DNA of 64,000 nucleotides from Cyanobacteria bacterium auto_48_18 (GCA_036170915.1 JAVHQC010000025.1:32001-96000); one strand, 5' to 3'; shown: positions 18,288-28,830, counted from the first letter of the stretch. Notes: generated by a model not told the origin, from the letters alone. Made by a program: numbers and translations.

Positions 18288-20183
18288 ATGCAACCATTCG
18301 ACGCCCTATCAATTCGAGCAGTGTTAGCGGAAGCCCGCCCACTCATCGTCAACAGAAAAGTAGACCGGGTCAACCAGCTCGGCCGAGATGAAGTCTTGCT
18401 CACTCTCAGAGGAAAGACCGGCGTAACCAGCTTGTTTATTTCGGCTCAATCTATACATGGCCGCATGTGCCTGGTGCAAATGAACCAGACACTAAAAAGT
18501 AATGCTGGCAGAGAAAGTCAGCGTGACAAAGTTGATCCCGCCACCGACCGTTATGTCTCGCGCTACGGTAGTGGCAATTCGGTACCTAATTTTTGTTTGC
18601 TATTGCGCAAGCATCTAGCCGCAGCGACCCTTATTGCTGCGGATCAACCGCTCGGTGAGCGAATCATAGACCTTGTTTTTTCTTGCGTTGATGAAGTGGG
18701 CACTCAGTCAATCAAAATTCTTACTGCTGAAATTATGGGTCGTCACAGCAATTTGATTTTTTGGGAAAAAGAAAGCGGCAAAATTATTGCTGCTTCTCAC
18801 AACGTTACTAAAGATATGAGCAGGCAAAGAGAAATCGCTCCCACACTGCGTTACGAGCGGCCGCCGGCACAAGATCGGCCCAGTCTTTATACGGTCAATG
18901 AAGACGGTTTCTTGCAATTATTTAGTCAGTTCAAAACTAAAGCGCAAGAAAATCAGAGCACTGACTCTAGTTTAACTCTGCCACCAGCGGAGGTGACACC
19001 AGTCACTATCGAGCAATGGCTCATTGCCACCTTCACTGGTGCGGGAAGGCACCTTTGCGAAGAGCTTGTGTTGGCTAGCGGATTGGTTTCTGAAACCGCA
19101 CAAGCGATGATCATTGAAGACGCTGGTATGAAGCTCTGGAAGCGCATCGAAGCTCTAAGAGTAAACGAAAATTATCGACCATTTTTATTTACCGACTTGA
19201 GTCGTTATTCGGTTTTAGGATGGTATCCAACTGCGGCACCGACAAAATCGTTGCCTTCAGTCAATGATTTGATTGAAGAATATTTCCGCTCTTGCGAACT
19301 GACTGAGCAAGCCAATCAACTGCGCGAACGCCTGCGTGCTGATTTAGCTCAGGAACTGGCAAAAATTGATGCTCGCATGAAAATGGCTGAGCAACACGTT
19401 TTGCCGGGCGCCGATGTACATTTGCAAAAGAAGTTAGGCGATTTGATTTTAGCCAATTTGACTGAAATTAAACCTGGTCAGGAAGTGCTTGAGACTGAAG
19501 ACCTCTTCGGTAATTCAGGAAAAATTTCAATCAAACTCAACGCTGCCTTAACTGGTGCCCAGAACGCTCAAATGTATTATCGCCAATACGCAAAATCGAG
19601 AGCGCGTCATGCCACTGCCAGCCAATCGGTCAACGAAGCCAGCGCGCGCAAACTAATGCTGGAAGGCCATTTGGTCAAGATTAACAACGCCAAGGACATT
19701 TTTGAACTCAGGACACTGAAGGAAAATTTGACCGGCCGCAAAGCCCATGAAATTGCCAAGCCAAAAGCCAAAGCAAAAAAAGGCAATGACAGCAAAATTC
19801 TTTCAGTCAATTCAACTGATGGCTGGACAATTTATGTGGGTCGCAATCGTCTAGAAAATGACTATCTTTTGTCGCGGCTGGCGCAACCGAACGATCTCTG
19901 GTTCCACGTTCTCGGTCAAGGTGGTGCCCATGTACTGGTTCGCATTCCTTCGTCAAAACAAGAACCACCCATGAGCACAATTTTGGAAGCGGCACAAATA
20001 GCTGCGAGGCTTTCAAAAGCCAGTCACGGCGCCAAGGTTAGAGTGGTTTATACCCAGTGCAAACATGTGCGAAAGCTGGCCAAAGACAAACCTGGCCTGG
20101 TCAAATATGAGCAAGAAAAAACGGTAGAAGTAGACACTTCACAGCCCATGCCAAAACCAATGAAGCAACTATTTAGCACTTAA
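18288..20183 (+). CDS. rqcH: Ribosome quality-control protein RqcH (FbpA/NFACT)
   Basis: FDAL N-terminus, NFCLLLRKHL, EIMGRHSN, NAQMYYRQYAK, and NFACT-R motif IYVGRN..ENDYL...DLWFH..GAHV. Confidence 0.9.
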   Translation: MQPFDALSIRAVLAEARPLIVNRKVDRVNQLGRDEVLLTLRGKTGVTSLFISAQSIHGRMCLVQMNQTLKSNAGRESQRDKVDPATDRYVSRYGSGNSVPNFCLLLRKHLAAATLIAADQPLGERIIDLVFSCVDEVGTQSIKILTAEIMGRHSNLIFWEKESGKIIAASHNVTKDMSRQREIAPTLRYERPPAQDRPSLYTVNEDGFLQLFSQFKTKAQENQSTDSSLTLPPAEVTPVTIEQWLIATFTGAGRHLCEELVLASGLVSETAQAMIIEDAGMKLWKRIEALRVNENYRPFLFTDLSRYSVLGWYPTAAPTKSLPSVNDLIEEYFRSCELTEQANQLRERLRADLAQELAKIDARMKMAEQHVLPGADVHLQKKLGDLILANLTEIKPGQEVLETEDLFGNSGKISIKLNAALTGAQNAQMYYRQYAKSRARHATASQSVNEASARKLMLEGHLVKINNAKDIFELRTLKENLTGRKAHEIAKPKAKAKKGNDSKILSVNSTDGWTIYVGRNRLENDYLLSRLAQPNDLWFHVLGQGGAHVLVRIPSSKQEPPMSTILEAAQIAARLSKASHGAKVRVVYTQCKHVRKLAKDKPGLVKYEQEKTVEVDTSQPMPKPMKQLFST

Positions 20184-20229
20184 ACAGCCGCTTATACATA
20201 CTAAATTACCAGGCAAAATACCAGGCAAA

Positions 20230-20994
20230 CTACATCTTACGGAAGAGCGCTACCACTGTGCCCTGTATGGTCAAAGTCTGGTTGCCAGTGACAAAAATTG
20301 GCTCCATTTCGCTGTTGGCAGGCTGCAAACGGAAACCGCCACGCTCTTTAAAGAAACGCTTCAGTGTAGCGCTGCCATCTTCTAATAATGCCACCACAAC
20401 TTCACCATTATTGGGTGAAGGATTTGGTTTTACGATGACGAAATCGCCATCGTAAATGCCGTCTTCGATCATAGATTCGCCTTTGACTTGCAAAGCAAAA
20501 CAACCGGCTTCTGTGTACCGGCTATCAATATCTAAATATTCCTGACCTTCTAAAGCGGCATCAATGGGTTGACCGGCGGCAATGGCGCCAGCCATGGGAA
20601 TGCCTCTCGCTGTTAGTGCATTTGACTGAGCTAAGGCGCTGCTTGCTTTCTGAGATACAGATGCACGCCGACTATCTAGCGAAATTACGTCAGCAGGGTC
20701 GCCGTTATTTTGATCAGCTAATTCGGTGCCGCCAGAACAGTGCTTCAGGCCTTCGGCCAGCACTCGCAAAGAGCGATTTAAACCTGGCTCCCAGTGAACC
20801 AGGCCCTTTTTCTTCAACGCCGCCACGTGCTGGTGCACAGTCATTCTATTTTTCAGACCAAGAGCACTGGCCAACTCAGCCAGCGTCGGCGGATAACCAT
20901 GCTCGTCGCTTAATTTGACGATCAAATTGAGCACATCTTGTTGTCTGGCTGGCAGCGGCTTCTCTGTATCTAGCAACTTAATTCTCGACCTCAA
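20230..20994 (-). CDS. lexA: SOS repressor LexA
   Basis: RQQDVL..GYPPTLAELA wHTH, Ala-Gly cleavage site IAAGQP, catalytic Ser GESM and Lys ATLKRF; long linker. Confidence 0.93.
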   Translation of the reverse strand: MRSRIKLLDTEKPLPARQQDVLNLIVKLSDEHGYPPTLAELASALGLKNRMTVHQHVAALKKKGLVHWEPGLNRSLRVLAEGLKHCSGGTELADQNNGDPADVISLDSRRASVSQKASSALAQSNALTARGIPMAGAIAAGQPIDAALEGQEYLDIDSRYTEAGCFALQVKGESMIEDGIYDGDFVIVKPNPSPNNGEVVVALLEDGSATLKRFFKERGGFRLQPANSEMEPIFVTGNQTLTIQGTVVALFRKM

Positions 20995-21006
20995 TTTGGC
21001 TCAACC

Positions 21007-21061
21007 ATACGTAAGTATAGTATCGATTGCCAAACTTGTCGAGTATTTAGCGAGTATTCAG
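21007..21061. promoter_or_regulatory. Candidate LexA autoregulatory sites
   Basis: ATAC-N4-GTAT palindrome at 21007-21018 and 11-bp direct repeat CGAGTATTYAG x2 at 21040-21061, just upstream of lexA. Confidence 0.4.
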
Positions 21062-21089
21062 CGATTTTTTTTAGAAGATACGTCCGGGG

Positions 21090-22064
21090 CTAGAGAATAT
21101 TCTTGCCCAGGGCTGACTGCACCAGGTCTACGGCCAGTTCGGCAGTGCGATTTCTGATGTCTAATGTCGGATTGAGTTCGACAATGTCGATAGAGCGCAC
21201 CATTTTGGTATCAGCCAGAAGCTCAAGAGCAAAATGACTTTCACGATAAGTCAGACCGCCACGTGAGTCGGTGCTCACTCCTGGCGCCACATCAGGATCA
21301 ATTACGTCTAGATCAAATGACACGTGCAGACCATGAATGTCTCCGCCAATTGATTTTAGAGCCTGGCCTGTGATGCTCTTAATTCCCTGTTCATCAACAT
21401 CTCGCATGGTGAAAGGCAAAACACCTGATTGCCTGACGAGATCAGTTTCGGCGGTGTCGAGATCGCGAATGCCGACTAAAGCGCACCGGCGTGGCTGCAC
21501 TTTGGGCGAAAAACCGTTGAGCTTAACCAGGCTCTCATCACCCTGGCCAAGTGAAATAGCAAAAGGCATTCCGTGTACATTGCCGCTTGGTGACGTATCA
21601 GGAGTATTGATGTCGCCATGTGCGTCGAACCAGACCAGACCAAATTCTTCTTTACGTTTGCGATAATAATTCGAAACTCCAGCAATACTGCCTATTGCCA
21701 GCGAATGGTCACCACCAATTGTAATGGCTACAGTATCGTTTTCCAGGGCTTGCTCTACAGCTTCAGCCACAGCCTGACTGACTTTGGCAATCTCAGGCAC
21801 ACAACGACTGTGTTTCGGTTCAGTGCTCTTTTCCCACCAGGTGAGCACCTCCGGCACAGCAATGGAAACTTCTTTCTCAACTGTATATCCAAGGGCTTTA
21901 ATTCGACTTACCAGTCTTGCAACCTTCATGGCGCCTGGTCCCAGAGCAACTCCAGCGTGCGGACCACCAAGATGTATTGGGCAATAAATCAAAGTTACTG
22001 CTCGGCTACGCTTGATTGCGTTGCTTTCGACAACCGCATTGCTACTGACTTTGGGTGCTGACAC
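21090..22064 (-). CDS. rocF: Arginase
   Basis: GGDHSLAIGS, WFDAHGDINT, SGNVHGMP, SFDLDVIDP, ELNP. Confidence 0.93.
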   Translation of the reverse strand: MSAPKVSSNAVVESNAIKRSRAVTLIYCPIHLGGPHAGVALGPGAMKVARLVSRIKALGYTVEKEVSIAVPEVLTWWEKSTEPKHSRCVPEIAKVSQAVAEAVEQALENDTVAITIGGDHSLAIGSIAGVSNYYRKRKEEFGLVWFDAHGDINTPDTSPSGNVHGMPFAISLGQGDESLVKLNGFSPKVQPRRCALVGIRDLDTAETDLVRQSGVLPFTMRDVDEQGIKSITGQALKSIGGDIHGLHVSFDLDVIDPDVAPGVSTDSRGGLTYRESHFALELLADTKMVRSIDIVELNPTLDIRNRTAELAVDLVQSALGKNIL

Positions 22065-22295
22065 AAAATCCTCCAGTGATCTCGTATGAATTAAGCAATG
22101 TACTCAGGGCGAGGCTGCAACTACGTTTTAGCTTTGTGACAATGTACGTAGCTGAGCGGCCCTTGAGCATATAGTGTTAATAGCTTAGTGTATAATCTTG
22201 GCTTGGTTTTTGTCTTGAAAAAGCCCTGAAATGGCCAAATTCAAATTGAATCCAATAGTTCAAAGTGTAGTCATCGAATAGTAGAGGTTGGGAAA

Positions 22296-22655
22296 GTGTT
22301 GCGACCGTTGATCAAGGTTTTCTTCTTAGCAGGCGCCGCATTTGAAGTGGCTAGAGAACGCGTCGAGGACGCACTTGACACCTTTACTGCCAAAGCCGGC
22401 GAATACAAATCAAGTGAGTCTGATCGAGTGCAAAAAACTCGCGACAAAGTAAAGCAAATGCTCAATGAAACGAGCCAAAATATTTGGCAACGTTCTGATG
22501 TTCTGGAAGGTCAAGTGCGCGAAAAAATTCGCCGCCAGGTTGCTGATTTTTCTCTCGGTGCTCTTGGTGACTCTACAGAAATCAACGAATTGCGTGCAGA
22601 AATAGCAACCTTAAGAGCTGAGATTGCCGACATCAAACAAAAATCACCGGTCTGA
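22296..22655 (+). CDS. Phasin-like coiled-coil protein upstream of ABC1 kinase
   Basis: IKVFFLAGAA hydrophobic start, amphipathic helices, EINELRAEIATL end; typical pairing with ABC1 kinases. Confidence 0.6.
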   Translation: MLRPLIKVFFLAGAAFEVARERVEDALDTFTAKAGEYKSSESDRVQKTRDKVKQMLNETSQNIWQRSDVLEGQVREKIRRQVADFSLGALGDSTEINELRAEIATLRAEIADIKQKSPV

Positions 22656-22708
22656 ACCGTCAGTTCGACAGCTAACTAATTCATCATCGGCTTCAACCGT
22701 GGTCATGC

Positions 22709-24691
22709 ATGAGCGAACCTCAGCCAGCATCAAAAAATCGGCTTACATCTGAGCTAGCCAAATCAGCAAATAAAGACACTGGTGCAGACTTAGAGACAAT
22801 TCAGAGCGCTCCGAGCGGTCAGAGCATTCAGGGCGCTCACAGCGACGATGAGCCTAAGGTGCTTCAGGGCGGATACGACCCAGCCCTGGCCGATCAGGCC
22901 ATTCGCCTCAAAGTTTTACTGCGCGATAAACGCTTCTGGAAAAGTCTTTCCACACTTTCTCTATTGGCTTCAGCGGCCGCTATGGACCGCCTAGTGGGTG
23001 CACGAAGCAAGAAAAGGCCTGCTGACGAATCGCGGCGGCGCAACGCACGCCTGGTGAAACAAGCGTTGATTGAAATGGGCGCCACTTTTATCAAACTGGG
23101 CCAGTTTCTATCTGTTCGCAAAGATATTATTTCTGAAGAATTAGCGGACGAACTTGTCTCTTTGCAAGACAGAGTGCCACCTTTCGGCATCGAGGCCTTG
23201 CGCAGCACCATTGAGCGCGAGCTGGGAGCGGCTCCGGAACAGCTTTTCAAAGAATTTGAAGAAACGCCGATAGCCTCGGCCTCCATTGGTCAAGTGCACC
23301 GCGCACGACTGCAAGACGGTCGCCCGGTAGTAGTAAAAGTACAACGCCCAGATCTGGCGGATATTTTTTATCGAGACCTTGGTTACATGCGCTTTATTGC
23401 TCGCATTGGCCCAGTGATTCGTCCGAAACAAGACTGGAGCGGGTGGCTTGCGCTCTCTGACGAATTCGGGCGCACGCTTTTTGAAGAAATCGACTATCTA
23501 AAAGAAGGTCGCAATGCCGATCGCATCAGGCAGATTCTCAAAGATCAAAAGACCATGCGAATTCCCAGAGTCTACTGGAAGCTCACCGGTCGCAAAGTGC
23601 TGACCCTGGAATATCTACCTGGGGTCAAAATCGACAATAAAGCTGAAATCATCAAGCAAGGCATAGACCCTGTGGCCATCGGCAATAACCTTGTTTCTGC
23701 TTATATGGAGCAGGTCTTGATGCACGGCTTCTTCCATGCCGATCCGCATGCTGGCAACTTAGCGGTAGGTCCTGACGGTCACATCGTTATATATGACTTT
23801 GGCATGGTGGGAGAAATTAGTCAGTCTCAACGCGAAGCCATTCTTGGATGTATCGCTTCTGTGATAAATGTTCACCCAGATGAGCTAATAAAAAATCTAA
23901 TTACCCTGGGCATTGTGCAGGAAGGCGCGAAACAAGAAACGATGGTGCGCGCGGTTCAGCCATTTATTGAGTATTACAAAGGCAAACAAATTAAAGAATT
24001 GGATTTTACCGATCTGGAACATGACATCGATCAAATTGCCATGGATCGATCACTGAAATTACCACCCAGCCTTGCTTACTTATTGCGCACGGGATCGTCT
24101 CTAGAAGGCATTGCCCGCAGTCTCCATCCCAATTTTTCATTTGTCGAAGCAGCTAAACCGTCGGTAAAAAAATGGGCGTTGGCCAATCCGGCGCAAGCTT
24201 ATTTCGCCCTTGGATATCTCACCCGCGGAAAACTTTTTGGTCAAAAAGGTGTATTTAGCGAAGAAGGCCTGGTGCGTCTTTTCTCCAGCGGTGGCGCTTC
24301 TGACGATAACGGCAGAGTTTTGCCAAGAGGAAGCAAGCCAAAGTCTGGTTTGAAAAGCGGCTCCGTCAGCCAATCTGAGCTAGAATTACAAAAAGAGCAT
24401 GGAAGAAGACTCCAAGAGATTCGAAAGTTAGAAACTCAAATCTATATTTTGAATAGAGAGGTTAAGAGTCTTGCCAAAAATCGGGTAAATTTACTATGGA
24501 CTGCTCTGTTGTGGTTTTCGTTATCTCTGGTTTTCTGGGGCATAACATCACCAACTACTGCCAGGCAATATACAGAGTATTATTTGATTGGAAATGGTGT
24601 AATGGTGGCTATTATTATTTGGCAAATAGTAAGACCACTGGGGACGGCTAATAGAAAGCGTTCCGATAGGTCGACTGGGAGACGGAGATAG
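22709..24691 (+). CDS. ABC1/AarF/UbiB atypical kinase with C-terminal TM pair
   Basis: FIKLGQ, ASASIGQVH, VVVKVQRP, FFHADPHAGN, YDFGM. Confidence 0.92.
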   Translation: MSEPQPASKNRLTSELAKSANKDTGADLETIQSAPSGQSIQGAHSDDEPKVLQGGYDPALADQAIRLKVLLRDKRFWKSLSTLSLLASAAAMDRLVGARSKKRPADESRRRNARLVKQALIEMGATFIKLGQFLSVRKDIISEELADELVSLQDRVPPFGIEALRSTIERELGAAPEQLFKEFEETPIASASIGQVHRARLQDGRPVVVKVQRPDLADIFYRDLGYMRFIARIGPVIRPKQDWSGWLALSDEFGRTLFEEIDYLKEGRNADRIRQILKDQKTMRIPRVYWKLTGRKVLTLEYLPGVKIDNKAEIIKQGIDPVAIGNNLVSAYMEQVLMHGFFHADPHAGNLAVGPDGHIVIYDFGMVGEISQSQREAILGCIASVINVHPDELIKNLITLGIVQEGAKQETMVRAVQPFIEYYKGKQIKELDFTDLEHDIDQIAMDRSLKLPPSLAYLLRTGSSLEGIARSLHPNFSFVEAAKPSVKKWALANPAQAYFALGYLTRGKLFGQKGVFSEEGLVRLFSSGGASDDNGRVLPRGSKPKSGLKSGSVSQSELELQKEHGRRLQEIRKLETQIYILNREVKSLAKNRVNLLWTALLWFSLSLVFWGITSPTTARQYTEYYLIGNGVMVAIIIWQIVRPLGTANRKRSDRSTGRRR

Positions 24692-24694
24692 ACA

Positions 24695-25459
24695 ATGCTG
24701 AAATGGCGTGCAGCGGCACGAACTGATGCGGGTTGCCAGCGTCAGAGGAACGAAGATAATTTCTACGTGAGTCCTGACAATCGCGTATTCGCCGTCGCAG
24801 ACGGTATGGGCGGAGCTGTTGGTGGCGCCAAAGCGAGCAAGTTGGCTATGGAAGCCGTCGAGCAACAGTGGAAAGATTCTCCTCCTCCGGCCAGAGACAG
24901 AGAAGCGATTACCAAATGGCTGACTGAAACAGTAAATTCAGCCAATCACTCTGTGTGGCACTCGGCAGAAGAAGACGCTTCGGTCAGAGGCATGGGCACA
25001 ACCGTTGTGGTTGCCGTACAAGCCGATGATAATTATATGCAAATTGCCCACGTGGGCGACTCTCGAGCCTACCTGGTGAGAGAAGGCAAGACCAGACTTT
25101 TGACCAATGATCACTCAGTGGTTCAAGAAATGGTTCGAGCCGGCCGCTTGACTGAAGAGCAAGCACGAATCAATCCTTACAAAAACTTAATCACTCGTTG
25201 CCTTGGCCATGAAGAGAAAGTTGAAATCGATCACACTCCAGTTGACCTCAATGCCAACGATTGGGTCGTGCTCTGTTCCGATGGTCTGCCAACGGTACTG
25301 CGCGACGAGCAAATCGGCGAATCGGTTAAAGATTTGACCGATCCTGAAGGTCTCTGCGAAGAGCTGGTCAAACTAACGCTGGATGGTGGCGCTCCGGATA
25401 ACGTAACTGTTGTTGTGGTCAAGTTCCACGACGAGAGTTCCGATAACGGCAGCAAATAG
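24695..25459 (+). CDS. PP2C/PPM Ser/Thr phosphatase
   Basis: RNED, VADGMGG, GMGTT, HVGDSRAY, CSDGL, DNVTV. Confidence 0.95.
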   Translation: MLKWRAAARTDAGCQRQRNEDNFYVSPDNRVFAVADGMGGAVGGAKASKLAMEAVEQQWKDSPPPARDREAITKWLTETVNSANHSVWHSAEEDASVRGMGTTVVVAVQADDNYMQIAHVGDSRAYLVREGKTRLLTNDHSVVQEMVRAGRLTEEQARINPYKNLITRCLGHEEKVEIDHTPVDLNANDWVVLCSDGLPTVLRDEQIGESVKDLTDPEGLCEELVKLTLDGGAPDNVTVVVVKFHDESSDNGSK

Positions 25460-25475
25460 TTCTTAAGTCGGTGAT

Positions 25476-25943
25476 ATGGCGGCCAATATCAATCAATGTG
25501 CAAGATGCGGTGCAACGTTAGCGCGTGTAGGGGCGGATTGCGGTGTTTGCGGTGGCACTGTAAACATGGGGCTTTTGCATCAACCTGCTGCGGCCGAAGT
25601 CCGGGAAGATCCCCAGCAAGCTGCCTCGGCATTTAGAAAAGAGGTGAGACCAATGAAACCGGCATTTCTTTTCAACAAACTTAGTAACGAACGCTTTGCT
25701 TTAAACCAGTCTGTCAGCAAGATTGGACGAGATCAAACCAACAACATTTCAGTCACCAGCGACCACTATGTTTCGCGGCACCACGCCTGGGTTTTACAGA
25801 TGCAAGGTGCATACTGGGTGGAAGATTTGGGATCGACCAACGGCACATTATTGAATGGCGAAATTTTGAGCGAACGTCGGCAAATTTCTCCTGGAGACAG
25901 ACTGACTTTCGGTAAAACGGAGTTCGTTTTCGTCGTCGAATAA
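25476..25943 (+). CDS. Zn-ribbon plus FHA domain protein
   Basis: CARCG...CGVCG; FHA motifs IGR, VSRHHA, DLGSTNGT. Confidence 0.9.
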   Translation: MAANINQCARCGATLARVGADCGVCGGTVNMGLLHQPAAAEVREDPQQAASAFRKEVRPMKPAFLFNKLSNERFALNQSVSKIGRDQTNNISVTSDHYVSRHHAWVLQMQGAYWVEDLGSTNGTLLNGEILSERRQISPGDRLTFGKTEFVFVVE

Positions 25944-25958
25944 GCAGAAAAAACTCCC

Positions 25959-28142
25959 ATGAACTCAGACAGTGTTAATCGGTGCGGCCGCTACGAACTA
26001 CTGGGAGAGATTGGGCGAGGCGGCATGGGCATCGTCTATCGCGCTATTCATCCTGATAGCGGTAAATTCGTGGCCGTCAAAAAATTGGTTTTAGAAAACA
26101 TCGCTCAAGACAAGAAAGCTGAATTTAAAGATCGCTTTAAACGTGAAGCCTACACAATTGCCAGACTCAAACATCCCAATATTGTGGATGTACTTGATAT
26201 TTGCATTGAGGGCGACAGCTTTTACTATGTGATGGAATTTCTGGACGGCGACAGCCTGCGCAAAGATTTGGTGCGCAGAGGCGGCAAAATGACCGTAGAA
26301 CAGCTATATCCGGTACTGGCGCAAGTAGGTACGGCTCTAGCACTGGCCCACTCAATGAATATTGTTCATCGCGACGTCAAGCCGGACAACATCTTTATTC
26401 TCAAAGACGGCTCGGTCAAATTAACTGACTTCGGTATTGCTCGGGCAGCCGAATATGAAGAGTCAAATCTAACAAAAACCGGCATCATGATGGGCACACT
26501 CAATTACGTTTCGCCCGAACAATTGCAAGATGCCAAAAGCGTAGATCACAGAGCCGACATTTTTTCGCTGGGAGTGGTTTGTTATGAAGCCTTGAGCGGC
26601 TCCACACCCTTCACCGCGGATGGTATCGCCGCCACTATCGTCAAAATTGTTTCACAAGAAGAAAAACCGCTGCACATAATAGACTCGACTATTCCAGTAG
26701 AGGTCTCCACTAGTGTTGCACGCACCATGCGCAAGCATGCCAAAGAGCGCTATCGCTCTGTGGCCGAATTCATCAAAGACTTCTCTGCTCAATTGCCTGA
26801 TTCAGTGAAAAATGCGGTGGCAACTCTAGCTGACAAGTCAGGTCACAGTTATGACAATTTACCGGCACCAAATTTCAGGCCGCTAAAAACTCAATTTGGT
26901 ATCACTTCAATCGACGGTGCCCGAGAAGATAATATTGATGACAATGTCAATGACAATATCAATATAGACATGCAGAGCACAGACACCAGGCATGAGTTTC
27001 GCGCCGCTGATGCTGTTGCCCAGCGGCAGCTAGAAGATTCGATTGCTCCAGAAGTAACATCTGCAGGTATGGTCTTAAAGCCTATCTCTCCTCCCTTTTC
27101 GGCTAAAGTTCCGGCTCCTGTTGCCCCGGCGCCCGTCGCCCCGGCTCCTATTGCCCCGGCTCACAAGCCGCAGCAAACTGCGTTGAAGCATTTGCTCACG
27201 GTCACCCAGCAGGGTTCAGGCAAGCGCATCGAAGAACCGGCTGCAGTGACGTGCAAAGGCGGAAGATTAGCCATCGCCGACGCTGTTACTCGCACAATCA
27301 ACGTTTTCGCTTATGATGGTGCCAACATTGCTCAGACTTTGCGCTGGCTTTATGAGATTGCCTACAAGCCGGCTAAAGGAGTTGAAGCTGAAAGCAGTCG
27401 CACCAGATGCGGTAGCATCACTCGCCCCGGCGGACTGGCATTTGACATGAAAGGCCGACTGTTTGCCTGTGACGCCAGTGACCAGTACATTCGCATTTTC
27501 GACGGGCTCGGTGTCTTTTTAGGTGAATTCAAAAATATTCAAGCTAAAGATTCAGGCCTCGCTGGCATGGTGATTGATTCCAGCGGACTGCTCTACGTAT
27601 CTGATTCGGCCAATGCTTGTGTGCAAATTTTTCAGCCTGAAACGGGCGTCTGGCTGCGTTCGGTTAGCGGCAGAACTGATCTTGATTTAAAAACTAAAAG
27701 TGCATACGCCCCTTTAGAGCACGGTGAACAAGCACAAATTAGACTACCGGCGGGCCTCGCCATCGATCGGTTGAATCAGCTTTACCTGGCCGACTACGGC
27801 TCATCCAAAATATTTGTTTTCAATAAAGTCGGCAACGTCGTCAGAACTTTTGGCGGCAAGGGCAATGGCGCTAACGAATTAAATATTCCACGCTCGGTGG
27901 CAGTGGATCGCTTCGACCGCATTTATGTCTGCGATTCATTCAACAACAGACTTTCTGTGTTTGATGCGGGTGGCCGCATTCTTTATACATTTGGCGAAAA
28001 GGGCAGTGCCGCAGACCAGCTCGTCAACCCATCAGACGTTGCCATAGACAATCAGTACGGCATTATTTTTGTCTGCGATCGCGGCAATCGACGCCTGCAA
28101 ATTTATAAAATCCCCGGTGATTTTACCGGTCAGGAGTATTGA
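25959..28142 (+). CDS. Cytoplasmic Hanks-type Ser/Thr kinase with C-terminal NHL beta-propeller
   Basis: IGRGGMG, VAVK, HRDVKPDN, DFG, YVSPE; NHL repeats (PRSVAVDRFDRIYVCDSFNNR); no TM helix seen. Confidence 0.92.
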   Translation: MNSDSVNRCGRYELLGEIGRGGMGIVYRAIHPDSGKFVAVKKLVLENIAQDKKAEFKDRFKREAYTIARLKHPNIVDVLDICIEGDSFYYVMEFLDGDSLRKDLVRRGGKMTVEQLYPVLAQVGTALALAHSMNIVHRDVKPDNIFILKDGSVKLTDFGIARAAEYEESNLTKTGIMMGTLNYVSPEQLQDAKSVDHRADIFSLGVVCYEALSGSTPFTADGIAATIVKIVSQEEKPLHIIDSTIPVEVSTSVARTMRKHAKERYRSVAEFIKDFSAQLPDSVKNAVATLADKSGHSYDNLPAPNFRPLKTQFGITSIDGAREDNIDDNVNDNINIDMQSTDTRHEFRAADAVAQRQLEDSIAPEVTSAGMVLKPISPPFSAKVPAPVAPAPVAPAPIAPAHKPQQTALKHLLTVTQQGSGKRIEEPAAVTCKGGRLAIADAVTRTINVFAYDGANIAQTLRWLYEIAYKPAKGVEAESSRTRCGSITRPGGLAFDMKGRLFACDASDQYIRIFDGLGVFLGEFKNIQAKDSGLAGMVIDSSGLLYVSDSANACVQIFQPETGVWLRSVSGRTDLDLKTKSAYAPLEHGEQAQIRLPAGLAIDRLNQLYLADYGSSKIFVFNKVGNVVRTFGGKGNGANELNIPRSVAVDRFDRIYVCDSFNNRLSVFDAGGRILYTFGEKGSAADQLVNPSDVAIDNQYGIIFVCDRGNRRLQIYKIPGDFTGQEY

Positions 28143-28798
28143 CCATGACACCAGATACAGTGCCGCCGAAAATCGTCCTTGGCTCAGCTTCGCCCAGGCG
28201 TATTGAGCTGCTCAAAAATCTTGGCCTGGATTTCGAAATATTGCCCAGCGACCTTGATGAAATTGTGGACCCTGAACACACTCCCTCTCAGGTAGTGGCA
28301 GCATTGGCCGAGAGTAAAGCTTCGCGCGTGCAAACGCTCATTCAAAACCGGGGCGGCGAATTAGCGCAATCACACCATGTCATTGTTACAGCAGATACCA
28401 TCGTGGTTTTCGAAGGCGATATTCTCGGTAAGCCCGTGGATCGCACTGACGCTATCGCTATGCTCACCCGCCTGGTGGGGCACTGCCATGAGGTATATAC
28501 AGGTGTGCATATACTTTCTGTTCCGTCGCAAGAAAACAATAATACTTCTAATTCTGTGCTTTCTTATCACGACGTGGAAATCGCTTCAGTAGAATTTCGC
28601 TCGCTTTCACAGAACGAAATCAGCACCTATGTTGATACCAAAGAACCCATGGATAAAGCCGGCTCGTACGCCCTGCAAGGTATCGGGGCATTTATGATCG
28701 ACAGAATACAAGGCTCACCGTCCAATATTATTGGTCTACCACTGGTTCTGACCACTAAAATGTTGCGCCAGTGCGGCATCAAAATAATGGGCGAATAA
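28139..28798 (+). CDS. maf: Maf/YhdE-type nucleoside triphosphate pyrophosphatase
   Basis: SASPRR, ADTIV, ILGKP, DKAGSYALQG, NIIGLP. Confidence 0.93.
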   Translation: MTMTPDTVPPKIVLGSASPRRIELLKNLGLDFEILPSDLDEIVDPEHTPSQVVAALAESKASRVQTLIQNRGGELAQSHHVIVTADTIVVFEGDILGKPVDRTDAIAMLTRLVGHCHEVYTGVHILSVPSQENNNTSNSVLSYHDVEIASVEFRSLSQNEISTYVDTKEPMDKAGSYALQGIGAFMIDRIQGSPSNIIGLPLVLTTKMLRQCGIKIMGE

Positions 28799-28830
28799 AG
28801 CCCAGATAAGCTCTATTTAAGCTCTATTTG

